Of a stretch of 64,000 nt of DNA, positions 48,955-64,000 are shown piece after piece. Origin of the DNA: Macrostomum lignano. Lineage: Eukaryota. The stretch is taken from NCBI GenBank assembly GCA_002269645.1, contig NIVC01003143.1:1-64000 (forward strand), read 5' to 3'. Both the position numbers and the translations under genes were made by a program. The notes beneath the pieces were generated by a model. The model saw nothing but the letters and a program-made list of their open reading frames with translations, was not told where the DNA came from and did no database searches. Every line of letters starts with the position of its first letter. Positions within the stretch are counted from its first letter, which is position 1.

Positions 48955-51003
48955 TGTCTAGATATTCGTTTGCAGGTTTCCAGGTATCGATTTGTAGGTT
49001 TCTAGATATTCTATCTTTCTACGACGTACGTTTCTAGATATCCTTTATTAAGTTTTCAGATATCCTTTAGTAAGTTTCTAGATATCCTTTAGTAGGTTTT
49101 TAGATATTCTTTAGTAGGTTTTTAGATATCCTTTAGTAGGTTTCTAAATACCCTTTAGTAGGTTTCTAGATACATTTCAGTAGGCTTCTAGATATCCTTT
49201 AGTAAGCTTCTAGATATCCTTTAGTAAGTTTCTAGATATCCTTTAGTAGGTTTCTAGATATCCTTTAGTAGGCTTCTAAATACCCTTTAGTAGGTTTCTA
49301 GATACATTTCAGTAGGCTTCTAGATATCCTTTAGTAAGTTTCTAGATATCCTTTAGTAAGTTTCTAGATATCCTTTAGTAGGTTTTTAGATATTCTTTAG
49401 TAGGTTTCTAGATATCCTTTAGTAGGTTTCTAAATACCCTTTAGTAGGTTTCTAGATACATTTCAGTAGGCTTCTAGATATCCTTTAGTAAGCTTCTAGA
49501 TATCCTTTAGTAAGTTTCTAGATATCCTTTAGTAGGTTTCTAGATATCCTTTAGTAGGCTTCTAAATACCCTTTAGTAGGTTTCTAGATACATTTCAGTA
49601 GGCTTCTAGATATCCTTTAGTAAGTTTCTAGATATCCTTTAGTAAGTTTCTAGATATCCTTTAGTAGGTTTTTAGATATTCTTTAGTAGGTTTCTAGATA
49701 TCCTTTAGTAGGCTTCTAAATACCCTTTAGTAGGTTTCTAGATACCCTTTACAAGGTTTTTAGAAATCCTTTAGTAGGTTTCTAAATATCCTTTAGTAGG
49801 TTTCTAAATACGAGCGTATCCTTTAGTAGGTTTCTAGATATCCTTTATTAAGTTTCTAGATATCCTTTAGTAGGTTTCTAGATATCCTTTAGTAGGCTTC
49901 TAAATACCCTTTAGTAGGTTTCTAGATACCCTTTACAAGGTTTTTAGAAATCCTTTAGTAGGTTTCTAAATATCCTTTAGTAGGTTTCTAAATACGAGCG
50001 TATCCTTTAGTAGGTTTCTAGATATCCTTTATTAAGTTTCTAGATATCCTTTAGTAGGTTTCTAGATATCCTTTAGTAGGCTTCTAAATACCCTTTAGTA
50101 GGTTTCTAGATACATTTCAGTAGGCTTCTAGATATCCTTTAGTAAGCTTCTAGATATCCTTTAGTAAGTTTCTAGATATCCTTTAGTAAGTTTCTAGATA
50201 TCCTTTAGTAAGTTTCTAGATATCCTTTAGTAGGTTTTTAGATATTTTTAGTAGGTTTCTAGATATCCTTTAGTAGGCTTCTAAATACCCTTTAGTAGGT
50301 TTCTAGATACCCTTTACAAGGTTTTTAGAAATCCTTTAGTAGGTTTCTAAATATCCTTTAGTAGGTTTCTAAATACGAGCGTATCCTTTAGTAGGTTTCT
50401 AGATATCCTTTATTAAGTTTCTAGATATCCTTTAGTAGGTTTCTAGATATCCTTTAGTAGGCTTCTAAATACCCTTTAGTAGGTTTCTAGATACCCTTTA
50501 CAAGGTTTTTAGAAATCCTTTAGTAGGTTTCTAAATATCCTTTAGTAGGTTTCTAAATACGAGCGTATCCTTTAGTAGGTTTCTAGATATCCTTTATTAA
50601 GTTTCTAGATATCCTTTAGTAGGTTTCTAGATATCCTTTAGTAGGCTTCTAAATACCCTTTAGTAGGTTTCTAGATACATTTCAGTAGGCTTCTAGATAT
50701 CCTTTAGTAAGCTTCTAGATATCCTTTAGTAAGTTTCTAGATATCCTTTAGTAAGTTTCTAGATATCCTTTAGTAAGTTTCTAGATATCCTTTAGTAGGT
50801 TTCTAGATACATTTTAGTAGGCTTCTAGATATTCTTTAGTAAGTTTCTAGATATCCTTTATTAGGTTTCTAGATACATTTTAGTAGGCTTCTAGATACCT
50901 TTTAGTAGGCATCTAGATACCCTTTATTAGGCTTCTAGATACCCATTAGTAGGCTTCTAGATACCCTTTAGTAGGCTTCTAGATACCCATTAGTAGGCTT
51001 CTA
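48955..51003. repeat. 22-bp AT-rich satellite (TTTCTAGATATCCTTTAGTAGG), left arm
   Basis: About 90 variable monomers with nested higher-order repeats. Confidence 0.97.
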
Positions 51004-52963
51004 TTTTGGGCGAGCGACCCGGAGGTCCGAGAGGCCCGCCGCACAGTCGAGCAGCTGCGACGAGCCAGGCGACCGACGTCCGATGCCTAGAAACCCCGGC
51101 AGACGCCTACGCTAGTCGACAGCAAGCCGCTGTTGACGACGCAATCAGGGCAGTCGCCTCCGTTGGGCCTGAACGGCAGAACAGGGTCGTCTGGCCGGTC
51201 GTGAACGCCCTAACCGGTCGCAAAAAGAAGACGGCGCTCAACCTGACTCGCGACACGGCCGAAGAGCGCAGAAACGAGCTGCGCACCTTCTTCGCCGCCA
51301 TTGTCAACGCGCCGCCGCCGACTCTGCCGAACGAGATGCCGCTGCCCCCCGAGGTGGCGCTGCCGCGGCAGGAGGACTTCGACACCCGTCCTGTGACCAG
51401 CACCGACGTCGTGGAATTCGCCCGCAGGGCTCCGGGAGGCCGCGCCCCGGCCCGGACGAGGTCCCCGTCGAGGCGCTGCGAGTCACAAGGGTTGCCACTG
51501 AGGTGGCCCGCGTGATGAACGGCGTCCTGGCGGGAGGCCCCACGCCCCGCGAGTGGACCCAGGCCAACATCGTCGGCATCCCGAAGAAGCCGGGCACTAC
51601 ACGGAAGGAGGAGCATCGTGGAATCTCGCTCATGTCCTGTACCGCGAAGCTGTTCAACCGGGTGCTACTAGCACGGTTACAGCCCGTGCTGGACTCGTTC
51701 CTGCGGTACGAGCAGAACGGGTTCCGCCCCGTCGCGGTACGGTGACGCATATCCTGGCCCTCCGCCGCATCATCGAGGAGGCGCGCATCCACCAGTCAAG
51801 CCTTGTCGTCATCTTTGTTGACTCCTCAAGGCCTTCGATTCGGTGGCGCGCGGCGCGCTGCCTCACGTGCTCCGTGCCTACAACGTGCCGCAGCAGCTGA
51901 TCTCCGCCATCATGGCGCTGTATCAGGACACCACCGCCGCGGTAGCGACGCCAGACGGACCGTCGGACCTGTTTAGCACGACGTCCGAAGTGCTACAGCG
52001 TGACACTCTGGCGCCCTTTCTCTTCGTGCTGGTGATGGACTGGGTGCTCAGGACCGGCCTGCCGACATCAGAGGACGGCTTTCTGCTGCAAAGGCGCACC
52101 AGTAGACGGCACCCAGGGAAGAAACTGTCTGTCCTTGGCTAAGCGGACGACCTCGCCCTGCTGTCTTCGACGGCCGAAGGCGCCCAACGGCTGCTGGACG
52201 GCTTGACTGCGGCGGCGGCGAGGGTCGGTCTCGTCATCAACGCCAGGAAGACCGAGGTGCTGACGGTGCCGCATGATCTACCCGCCGAGATTCGACTTCG
52301 AGACGGCGACGGCCCCGGGACGGCGCTCCCGAAGTGCCCTCAGTTCGTCTACCTCGGCGGACTGGTGCCGGACGTCGGCGACGACCTAGCGAGACGGCGC
52401 GGCAAGGCCTGGGCTGCCTTAAGATCTGTGCGGGCGGTGCTGCTCTCCGAGGCCCTGTCCGACGGCGCCAGGTCCCAGCTGTTCCAGGCGGTTGTTGAGA
52501 CCGCCCTGCTGTACAATGCTGAGACCTGGACGCTGACCGGGGCGCTTGAGGCGCAGCTCGACGCGGCACATGCGGCCCTAGTCCGCGCCGCTTTCGGCGC
52601 CCGCCGCGGCCCTGGCAGCGAGACAACCGAGTCCCTGTACAAGCGCACAGGCCTGACGCGGCCTTCTGCCCTGCTGAGTCAGCGGCGCCTGCGGCTTGCC
52701 GGACATGTCATCCGGGCCGAAGCCTACTGCCCAGAGCCGCTGCAGGACGTCCTGCTGTGGACACCGCAGGGACCGCGCAGGCGTGGCCAGGGACGATCAG
52801 CCCGCTACGTCGACCGCCTTTTTGAAGATGCGCGAGCACCCAGCCAGGCGGCCGGTGTGAAGCACATTAGAGACCTAGCTCTGAAACGCGCGATTTGACG
52901 CTCCCCCCTTTTGGCCACTTCTGTGGCTGGCGTGGGGCGTAACTATTATTATTATTATTATTA
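51004..52963 (+). mobile_element. 5'-truncated, inactivated RTE-group non-LTR retrotransposon
   Basis: RT motifs IVGIPKKPG...HRGISL, YEQNGFR, VIFVD/AFDSV, QRDTLAPFLF and LG*ADDLALL (YADD Tyr changed to TAA at 52140). Has several frameshifts, a C-terminus ending ...RDLALKRAI* at 52898, and a (TTA)n 3' tail. Confidence 0.92.
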
Positions 52964-53468
52964 GATACCTTTTAGTAGGCTTATAGATACCCATTGGTAG
53001 GCTTCTAGATACCCATTAGTAGGCTTCTAGATACCCATTAGTAGGCTTCTAGATACCCATTAGTAGGCTTCTAGATACCCTTTAGTAGGCTTCTAGATAC
53101 CTTTTAGTAGGCTTCTAGATACCTTTTAGTAGGCTTCTAGATACCCATTAGTAGGCTTCTAGATACCCATTAGTAGGCTTCTAGATACCCATTAGTAGGC
53201 TTCTAGATACCCTTTAGTAGGCTTCTAGATACCCATTAGTAGGCTTCTAGATACCCTTTAGTAGGCTTCTAGATACCCATTAGTAGGCTTCTAGATACCC
53301 ATTAGTAGGCTTCTAGATACCCATTAGTAGGCTTCTAGATACCCATTAGTAGGCTTCTAGATACCCATTAGTAGGCTTCTAGATACCCATTAGTAGGCTT
53401 ATAGATACCCATTAGTAGGCTTCTAGATACCCATTAGTAGGCTTCTAGATACCCATTAGTAGGCTTCT
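52964..53468. repeat. 22-bp satellite, right arm (CTTCTAGATACCCATTAGTAGG variant)
   Basis: Resumes in phase after the LINE tail; same variant as 50900-51003. Confidence 0.97.
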
Positions 53469-53809
53469 AAGGGTTTCTAATTCTTTGCATATTTCTAGAC
53501 GCTGTTGAGCTTCAAGAGCAAAAATAAGCAGAAAGCAAGCCTGAAGTGCACTAAAATAACTTTTTCCTTCTTTTCCGAAAGCAGCCTTCATCTGCGATAA
53601 AGCAGACGGCTTGCTGCTATCAGCTTGGCGAATCTGCAATCCCTAATAAGCACCCGCTGCTGGTCATGATGGCCGCCGCTTGGATTGCAAACGAAAGAAA
53701 CAAAACACTAATTGCCTTTCTTTATCACCTGTCTTCCACCTGCATTGGCAAACAGACATTTCAGCTGTAGAGGCTTGTGCATAAGCTGCTCTGGTTTCCG
53801 CGTAAGGCT

Positions 53810-55575
53810 TGCTACAGGCTGTGATTGAGCTCACTACAGGCTGTGATTAAGCTCACTACAGGCTGTGATTAAGCTCACTACAGGCTGTGATTGAGCTCAC
53901 TACAGGCTGTGATTAAGCTCACTACAGGCTGTGATTAAGCTCACTACAGGCTGTGATTGAGCTCACTACAGGCTGTGATTAAGCTCACTACAGGCTGTGA
54001 TTAAGCTCACTACAGGCTGTGATTAAGCTCACTACAGGTTGTGATTAAGTTCACTACAGGCTGTGATTAATCACACTACAGGCTGTTATTAAGCTCAATA
54101 CAGGATGTGATTAAGCTCACTACAGACTGTTTTTAAGCTCACTACAGACTGTTTTTAAGCTCACTACAGATTGTGATTAAGCTCACTACAGATTGTGATT
54201 AAGCCCAATACAGGCTGTGATTAAGCTCACTACAGGCTGTGATTAAGCTCACTACAGGCTGTGATTGAGCTCACTACAGGCTGTGATTAAGCTCACTACA
54301 GGCTGTGATTAAGCTCACTACAGGCTGTGATTAAGCTCACTACAGGTTGTGATTAAGTTCACTACAGGCTGTGATTAATCACACTACAGGCTGTTATTAA
54401 GCTCACTAGAGGCTGTGATTAAGCTCTCTACAGACTGTGATTAAGCTTACTACAGGCTGTGATTAAGCTCTCTACAGACTGTGATTTAGCTCACTACAGG
54501 CTGTTATTAAGCTCTCTACAGACTGTGATTAAGCTCACTACAGGCTGTGATTAAGCTTACTACAGGCTGTGATTAAGCTCATTACAGACTGTGATTAAGC
54601 TCACTACATACTGTGATTAAGCTCACTAGAGGCTGTGATTAAGCTCTCTACAGACTGTGATTAAGCTTACTACAGACTGTGATTAAGCTCACTAGAGGCT
54701 GTGATTAAGCTCTCTACAGACTGTGATTAAGCTTACTACAGGCTGTGATTAAGCTCATTACAGACTGTGATTTAGCTCACTACAGGCTGTTATTAAGCTC
54801 TCTACAGACTGTGATTAAGCTCACTACAGGCTGTGATTAAGCTTACTACAGGCTGTGATTAAGCTCATTACAGACTGTGATTAAGCTCACTACATACTGT
54901 GATTAAGCTCACTAGAGGCTGTGATTAAGCTCTCTACAGACTGTGATTAAGCTTACTACAGACTGTGATTAAGCTCACTAGAGGCTGTGATTAAGCTCTC
55001 TACAGACTGTGATTAAGCTTACTACAGGCTGTGATTAAGCTCTCTACAGACTGTGATTAAGCTCACTACAGACTGTGATTAATCTCACTACAGACTGTGA
55101 TTAAGCTCACTACAGACTGTGATTAAGCTCTCTACAGGCTGTGATTAAGCTCTCTACAGACTGTGATTAAGCTTACTACAGGCTGTGATTAAGCTCTCTA
55201 CAGACTGTGATTTAGCTCACTACAGGCTGTTATTAAGCTCTCTACAGACTGTGATTAAGCTCACTACAGGCTGTGATTAAGCTCTCTACAGGCTGTGATT
55301 AAGCTCACTACAGGCTGTGATTAAGCTCTCTACAGGCTGTGATTAAGCTCTCTACAGGCTGTGATTAAGCTCTCTACAGGCTGTGATTAAGCTCTCTACA
55401 GACTGTGATTAAGCTCTCTACAGGCTGTGATTAAGCTCTCTACAGGCTGTGATTAAGTTCTCTACAGACTGTGATTAAGCTCACTACAGACTGTGATTAA
55501 GCTCTCTACAGGCTGTGATTAAGCTCTCTACAGGCTGTGATTAAGCTCTCTACAGGCTGTGATTAAGCTCTCTAC
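53810..55575. repeat. Second, unrelated 22-bp satellite (CTCACTACAGGCTGTGATTAAG)
   Basis: About 80 monomers with block duplications. Confidence 0.97.
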
Positions 55576-55722
55576 ATGTATCAATCAGCCACACGAGCTG
55601 GGAGATTTACCCTCATCTCAACAGGTGTCTCATTGCAGCTATATTTAATTTAAAAAGTTTCAGCAGCTATTGATTATCAAATAACTAAGCGGACAAATCA
55701 AAAGTCGCAATTTGCTGCAGCT

Positions 55723-58700
55723 TCACGGCGCCACCGTCGGGCCCTTGACCCCGGTGCCGCGGTACAGCAGGTCCGGCCGGCCGGCAGCCTCCTCCGGCGT
55801 GATGCAGCGAACCCCATCAAACCGGAGCAGCTGGCCGGCCGGGCAGCGGCAGGTGTAGCTGCCAACCGTGTTCACGCACTGGTGCTGGCACGGCCGGTAC
55901 AGCGCGCACTCGTCAACGTCGCTGCCGCAGTCCGGCCCGGCGAAGCCGCGCTGGCAGGCGCAGTTGCCGATGCCGGAGGCGGCCAGCCGGCAGACGCCGC
56001 CGTTCAGGCAGGGCGGCTGGCAGCGACTGTCGGGCGGCGACAACCGGCAGGTGCGACGATCCGAGAGCCGCGTGTAGCCTTGGATGGAGATTTTGCCAGT
56101 GGGATTTTTTCAGCAGGGATTTTTTTGGGTTGGGATTTTTTGTTGGGATTTTTCGATTGGGATTTTTTGGGTTGGGATTTTTACAGCTGCGATTTTTTTA
56201 ATTGGGATTTTCGGGTTGTGATTTTTACAGCTGGGATTTTTTGGTTGGGATTTTTCGATTGGGATTTTTTGGGTTGGGATTTTTACAGCTGCGATTTTTT
56301 TTAATTGGGATTTTCGGGTTGGGATTTTTACAGCTGGGATTTTTTGGTTGGGATTTTTCGATTGGGATTTTTTGGGTTGGGATTTTTACAGCTGCGATTT
56401 TTTTAATTGGGATTTTCGGGTTGTGATTTTTACAGCTGGGATTTTTTGGTTGGGATTTTTCGATTGGGATTTTTTGGGTTGGGATTTTTACAGCTGCGAT
56501 TTTTTTTAATTGGGATTTTCGGGTTGGGATTTTTACAGCTGGGATTTTTTGATTGGGATTTTTTAGGTTGGGATTTTTTTGGTAGCGATTTTTTGGGTTG
56601 AGATTTTACGAGTTGGGGTTTTTTAGGTTAAGATTTTTTGGGTTGGGATTTTTTAGGTTGGGATTTTTTGAGTTGGGATTTTTTTGGGTTGGGATTTTTT
56701 AGGTTGGGATTTTTGGGTTGGGATTTTTTGGGTTGGGATTTTTTTGGGTTGGGATTTTTTGGGTTGGGATTTTTTGGGTTGGGATTTTTTAGGTTGGGAT
56801 TTTTTCAGTTGGGATTTTGAGTGGAAATTTTTTATTTCTGGTTTCTGGTATCGATTCTTGACTAGATATTCATAGATTGGGAGATCCTGGGACGAGGATG
56901 AGGATCACGAAAAGGGGGAATCGGAGTCAAATGAGATGTACCCTAAGAGCAGCCAGAGACCCAGTCCAAAGTGGCAGAGGCGGCTCACCAGGCGGGCAGC
57001 GGCACTCCCAGCTGCCGCGGGTGTTGTAGCAGGCGAACTCGCAGCCGTGCACGCTGCGCTCCATCGCGCACTCGTCGACATCGGCGCTGCAAGTCGGCCC
57101 GCGATAGCCCGGTGCGCAGCGGCACCTGCCGGAGCGGCAGCGGCCGCCGTTGCGGCAGCCCCTCGGGCAGCTGGGATCGCCGGCCCAGACGCAGCTGCCG
57201 TTGGTGCCGACATTGAAGCCTGGATCGCAGGTGCACCTGGAGGACCGGGTGGTTGGGAGACCAGCTGGCCAAGACTGCGGCGTTTTGGTGAACACTCAGT
57301 GGGTTCTGGTGTGCACCCAATGGGTTCTGATGTGCACCCAATGAGTTCTGATGTGCACCCAATGAGTTCTGATGTACACCCAATGGGTTCTGGTGTACAC
57401 CCAGTGGGTTCTGATGTACAAACAAAGGTTTCTGGTGTACAACCAATGGGTTTTGGTGTGAGTTAATGTGTCCACCCGCGAGCTAATGTGTCCACCCGCG
57501 AGCTAATGTGTCCACCTCCGAGCTAATGTGTCCACCCGCGAGCTAATGTGTCCACCCGCGAGCTAATGTGTCCACCCGCGAGCTAATGTGTCCACCTCCG
57601 AGCTAATGTGTCCACCCGCGAGCTAATGTGTCCACCTCCGAGCTAATGTGTCCACCCGCGAGCTAATGTGTCCACCTCCGAGCTAATGTGTCCACCCGCG
57701 AGCTAATGTGTCCACCTCCGAGCTAATGTGTCCACCCCCGAGCTAATGTGTCCACCCCGCGCAGTCCTGAAGGCGCCAACCTGAAGGTGCCGGGCAGGTT
57801 GTGACAGCTGTGCTCGCAGGGCGCCGGTGACAAGTCGCACTCGTTGAAGTCCATGTCGCATCGAAGGCCGCGCCAGCCGGCCAGGCAGACGCAGCGACCG
57901 TCGGCGCCGCACCAGCCGCGGCTGCAGTCGGCGCTGCCGGTGCAGCGGAAGCGGATCTGGCAGGCCGCGCCCTCGAATCCGCTGTCGCAGACGCAGCCGC
58001 CGCGGATGCAGCGGCCGTGCTGGCAGGGCGGGCGGCACTCTTCGCCAGGACGCACCGTGGTCGGCGCCGCGGACGTCGTCGTGGTCGACGTTGTCGTCGT
58101 CGTCGGCGCGGCCTTCTGGCAGAAGTCGCCGTAGAAGCCGGGCGGGCAGCGGCATCGCCGGCTCCCGCTGTCGCAGGCGCCGCCGTTCTGGCACGGCCGC
58201 AGCCGGTCGGAGCAGGCGCGCGGATCGTCTGGCCGGCAGTTGCGGCCGTCAGCGGCCAGCCGGTAGCCGGGCGGGCAGAGGCAGCGGAAGGAGCCGGGCG
58301 TGTTGGCGCAGCCGTGCCGGCAGGCGTGGAAGCCGAGGGCGCACTCGTCGGTGTCGCTGGCGCAGTCGGGCCCGGACCAGCCGGATCGGCAGGCGCAGCT
58401 GCCGTTGACGCAGGCGCCGGTGTCCGGTCGGCAGGCGGGCTCGCAAGAGTTGCTGGGCGCGCAGGACCGGCCGTCGGAGCCAAGCCGTTGGCCGGGCGGG
58501 CAGCGGCAGCGGAAGGAGCCGGGGCTGTTCACGCACAGCGCCGAGCCGCAGCGGGGTCGCCCGTCGGCGTGGTTGCTGGCGCACTCGTCGACATCCCGAC
58601 GGCAGGAGTCGCCAGTCCAGCCGGGCTGGCAGGCGCAGCGTCCATCGACGCAGCGGCCGCCGGGCGGGCCGCAGTCGGGCGGGCAGACCAGCGGCTCGCA

Positions 58701-59819
58701 GCTGGTGCCGTCCAGCGGGCTGAGCCGGTAGCCCGGCGGGCACTCGCAGCGGAAGGAGCCGATGGTGTTGGCGCAGCGGTACATGCAGCGGTTCAGCCAC
58801 TCGTCGGCGCACTCGTCCACGTCGCGGCCGCAGTCGTCTCCGCGCCAGCCGGGCCGGCAGACGCAGGCGCCGCCGCGGCAGACGCCATTCAGGCAGGGCG
58901 CCCGGCACGGCTCGTCCGGAGCTCCGTTGGGGTCGGCGGGCACGCAGGTGAGGTTCGAGCCCGGGCCGAAGCCGCCAGGCGGGGCGGAGATCCAGGGCGG
59001 GCAGAGGCAGCGGTACTCGGTGCCCACCTGGCGGCAGCCGTAGTCGCAGATTCGGCCGGTGAGCAGCCGGCACTGGCGCTTGTTGACGCTCTCGCAGTAG
59101 TCGCCCGTGAAGCCGACGGGACAGACGCAGCGGGACTTGGTGCACACTCCGCCGTTCTTGCAGGCCGGCACGCAAGGCGGCGTGGTGGCCACGCACTGGT
59201 AGACGCCGCTGCCGTCTGGCCGGAGCTTGGCCTCGGTGCCCGGCGGGCAGACAATCGGTGGGCAGTTGGGGTTGGAGCTGGTGCACTTGGCCGGGTAGCA
59301 CCAGGGCGGCTGGCAGGCGGCCATGGCCTCGGCCGGGTCCACGCTGGCCGGCACCTCGGAGCCGATGCCCAGATTCTTGTCCGGCGGCTCGCCGTTGAAG
59401 TAGCCCGGCGCCGGCGTGGAGGTGGTCGCGGCTGCGGCAGCTGCAGCGGCGGCAGCGGCCTCGCTGACTTCGAAGTAGTTCGGCGGGATGCTGTCCGCGT
59501 CAACGATGGTGGCGCCGTCTCGCGGGATCAGCGCGGCCTCCTGCCGCCGGAGCAGCACGGGGTCCGCCGTGCCGACCGTCGGCGACTCTCCCGCCTCGAC
59601 TTCGACCTCATCGCGGTCGGCCGCCGTCCGGCGGTTGTAGATTTCGGCCAGCCGGCGCCAGAGGCCGCGGTCCTCCGGAGCGGCTTCCAGACCGACGCTC
59701 CATCTGGGTGGCTCGAGGCTGTCGGCAGATGCTGCTGGATCGGCGGCGTGCGAGTCGAGGATGAGGCAGCTCAGGCAGGTCAGGCACAGGGCCAGTTGAG
59801 GCAACCTGCGCAGCGGCAT
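55723..59819 (-). CDS. Secreted EGF / calcium-binding-EGF repeat protein, about 880 aa
   Basis: Exons 59819-57781, 57236-56989 and 56078-55723 (2643 nt, phase-consistent). Signal peptide MPLRRLPQLALCLTCLSCLILDSHA; about 16 EGF modules, six of them with D-[VTF]-[DN]-E-C cbEGF starts; a Thr-rich linker; no TM segment. Confidence 0.92.
56095..56820. repeat. Degenerate (TTGGGATTTTT)-type repeat
   Basis: Fills intron 2 of the EGF gene. Confidence 0.92.
57295..57765. repeat. Adjacent 21-bp (AATGGGTTCTGATGTGCACCC) and 20-bp (GAGCTAATGTGTCCACCYSC) minisatellites
   Basis: Two abutting arrays that fill intron 1 of the EGF gene. Confidence 0.93.
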
Positions 59820-60721
59820 CGCACATTTCCTACGGGGCCTGCGCTTGGCCGCCTTCTTCCCAGTTTTATCCCCTCCGTTTATCCCAAGTACGGATTTCAA
59901 CCCCTCCCCCAGTTAGCCGCCAGCATATTCGGAGGTAGCAGCTGAAGAATATTAGTCACCAGCTCCCCCTGTGTCGGCTCCGATCCCCAATCCCGTCCCA
60001 GCGTTAGTCAGACCCGACCGGCCCAGTTTAACATCTTGGCTGCCTCCACTGCGCTTTTTGCGTATTTTTTCCTGTCATTTTCGCTTTCCCATCTGGCCAG
60101 CGGCCGTTGCGGATGCCCTCCAGGAATCATGCTGGTTGCTAACCGGCGACTCGCTTGCGCAGGAAAGTTAAGTAGTATATGCGGGATATTTCTTCGGAAT
60201 TTTTAGGGATTCATCGAAAACGGAAACTAGAAAACACCTGTCGTGAAACTTTCTCATATATTAGTGTGCTCTGTCCGCATTCGCATAGAGCATGTGCAAC
60301 ATTGTAAGCATTATGTACATGTACAAGCCTCGTAAATAATTCTAATCCTCATGTACATCATTTAACAATCATGTGCATTATTTTAACCGGCATGTATTTT
60401 GTTTTAATCATCATTTACATTATTGTAACCAGAATGTACAGCATTTAAACCATCATGCACATGATTTGAAACATCATGTACACCGAAAATAATCATAATA
60501 GACTCTTGTTAGATGCTCATTTAAAGGTCACAGCAATACTATTTAGCAGGCCTGCATATTTATTGAGCATGATATTGACTGACAAATCAACTATTTCACT
60601 TTTTCCTATTCTAAATGCGAGAATGATGAATTTGATTAATAAAGCAGCAAGTACTTTAGAAAAAGTACAAAACTGAATAACTAAAGTTCAACAAATCAGT
60701 CAGCTGATTCAACGCGGTTAC

Positions 60722-63410
<2,689 letters not shown>

Positions 63411-63524
63411 CTGTGGGCAGGGTGGCACAATACGAAAACTTTTATTTATAGACCGGCAAGAGAGACACTGAAATTGTTAAGTGAAATGACAAGACAGATA
63501 GCGGAGTGACGAGGAAAACGGTAG

Positions 63525-63980
63525 AGTGATGAGAGAGACGGTAGAGTGCTGAGAGAGACGGTAGAGTGACGAGAGAGACGGTAGAGTGACGAGAGAGACG
63601 GTAGAGTGACGAGAGAGACGGTAGAGTGACGAGAGAGACGGTAGAGTGACGAGAGAGACGGTAGAGTGACGAGAGAGACGGTAGAGTGACGAGAGAGACG
63701 GTAGAGTGACGAGAGAGACGGTAGAGTGACGAGAGAGACGGTAGAGTGACGAGAGAGACGGTAGAGTGACGAGAGAGACGGTAGAGTGACGAGAGAGACG
63801 GTAGAGTGACGAGAGAGACGGTAGAGTGACGAGAGAGAAGGTAGAGTGACGAGAGAGACGGTAGAGTGACGAGAGAGACGGTAGAGTGACGAGAGAGACG
63901 GTAGAGTGACGAGAGAGACGGTAGAGTGACGAGAGAGACGGTAGAGTGACGAGAGAGAAGGTAGAGTGACGAGAGAGATT
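63525..63980. repeat. 20-bp minisatellite (GTAGAGTGACGAGAGAGACG)
   Basis: About 22 copies. Confidence 0.98.
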
Positions 63981-64000
63981 GCAAAGTGACGCAGCTCATT

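Noticed and set aside
58017-59945. 642-aa plus-strand ORF
   Set aside because: Antisense shadow of the GC-rich EGF exon, with no motifs.

Overview
Eukaryotic (metazoan) genomic DNA in the standard code, with GC-rich exons, GT-AG introns and a very high density of unrelated mini/microsatellites. This style suggests the flatworm Macrostomum lignano, which is an inference and was not checked. Hand splicing gives phase-consistent models for nine genes: an IkB-like ankyrin protein (-, runs off the left edge); a 12-exon DCX-EMAP with two doublecortin domains, HELP and WD40 (-); a secreted 6-cysteine three-finger/Ly6 protein (+); a divergent DEG/ENaC channel (-); a HUNK-like AMPK-related kinase (+); a Tyr-rich PPxY-tailed type I membrane protein (+); a beta-tubulin (-); a secreted EGF/cbEGF protein of about 880 aa (-); and the last six exons of an unidentified gene (-, enters from the right edge). 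Mobile DNA includes a decayed Ngaro/DIRS retrotransposon whose gag appears to start with a SAP domain, a Tc1/IS630-like transposase remnant, a dead RTE-group LINE inserted in a 22-bp satellite, and several copies of a tRNA-headed SINE. There are no CRISPR arrays, rRNA genes or intact tRNA genes. Most long ORFs in the supplied track come from repeats or are antisense shadows. The most interesting leads are the atypical channel (HG gate motif changed to PG), its three-finger neighbour, and the speculative co-location of touch-receptor-type components.
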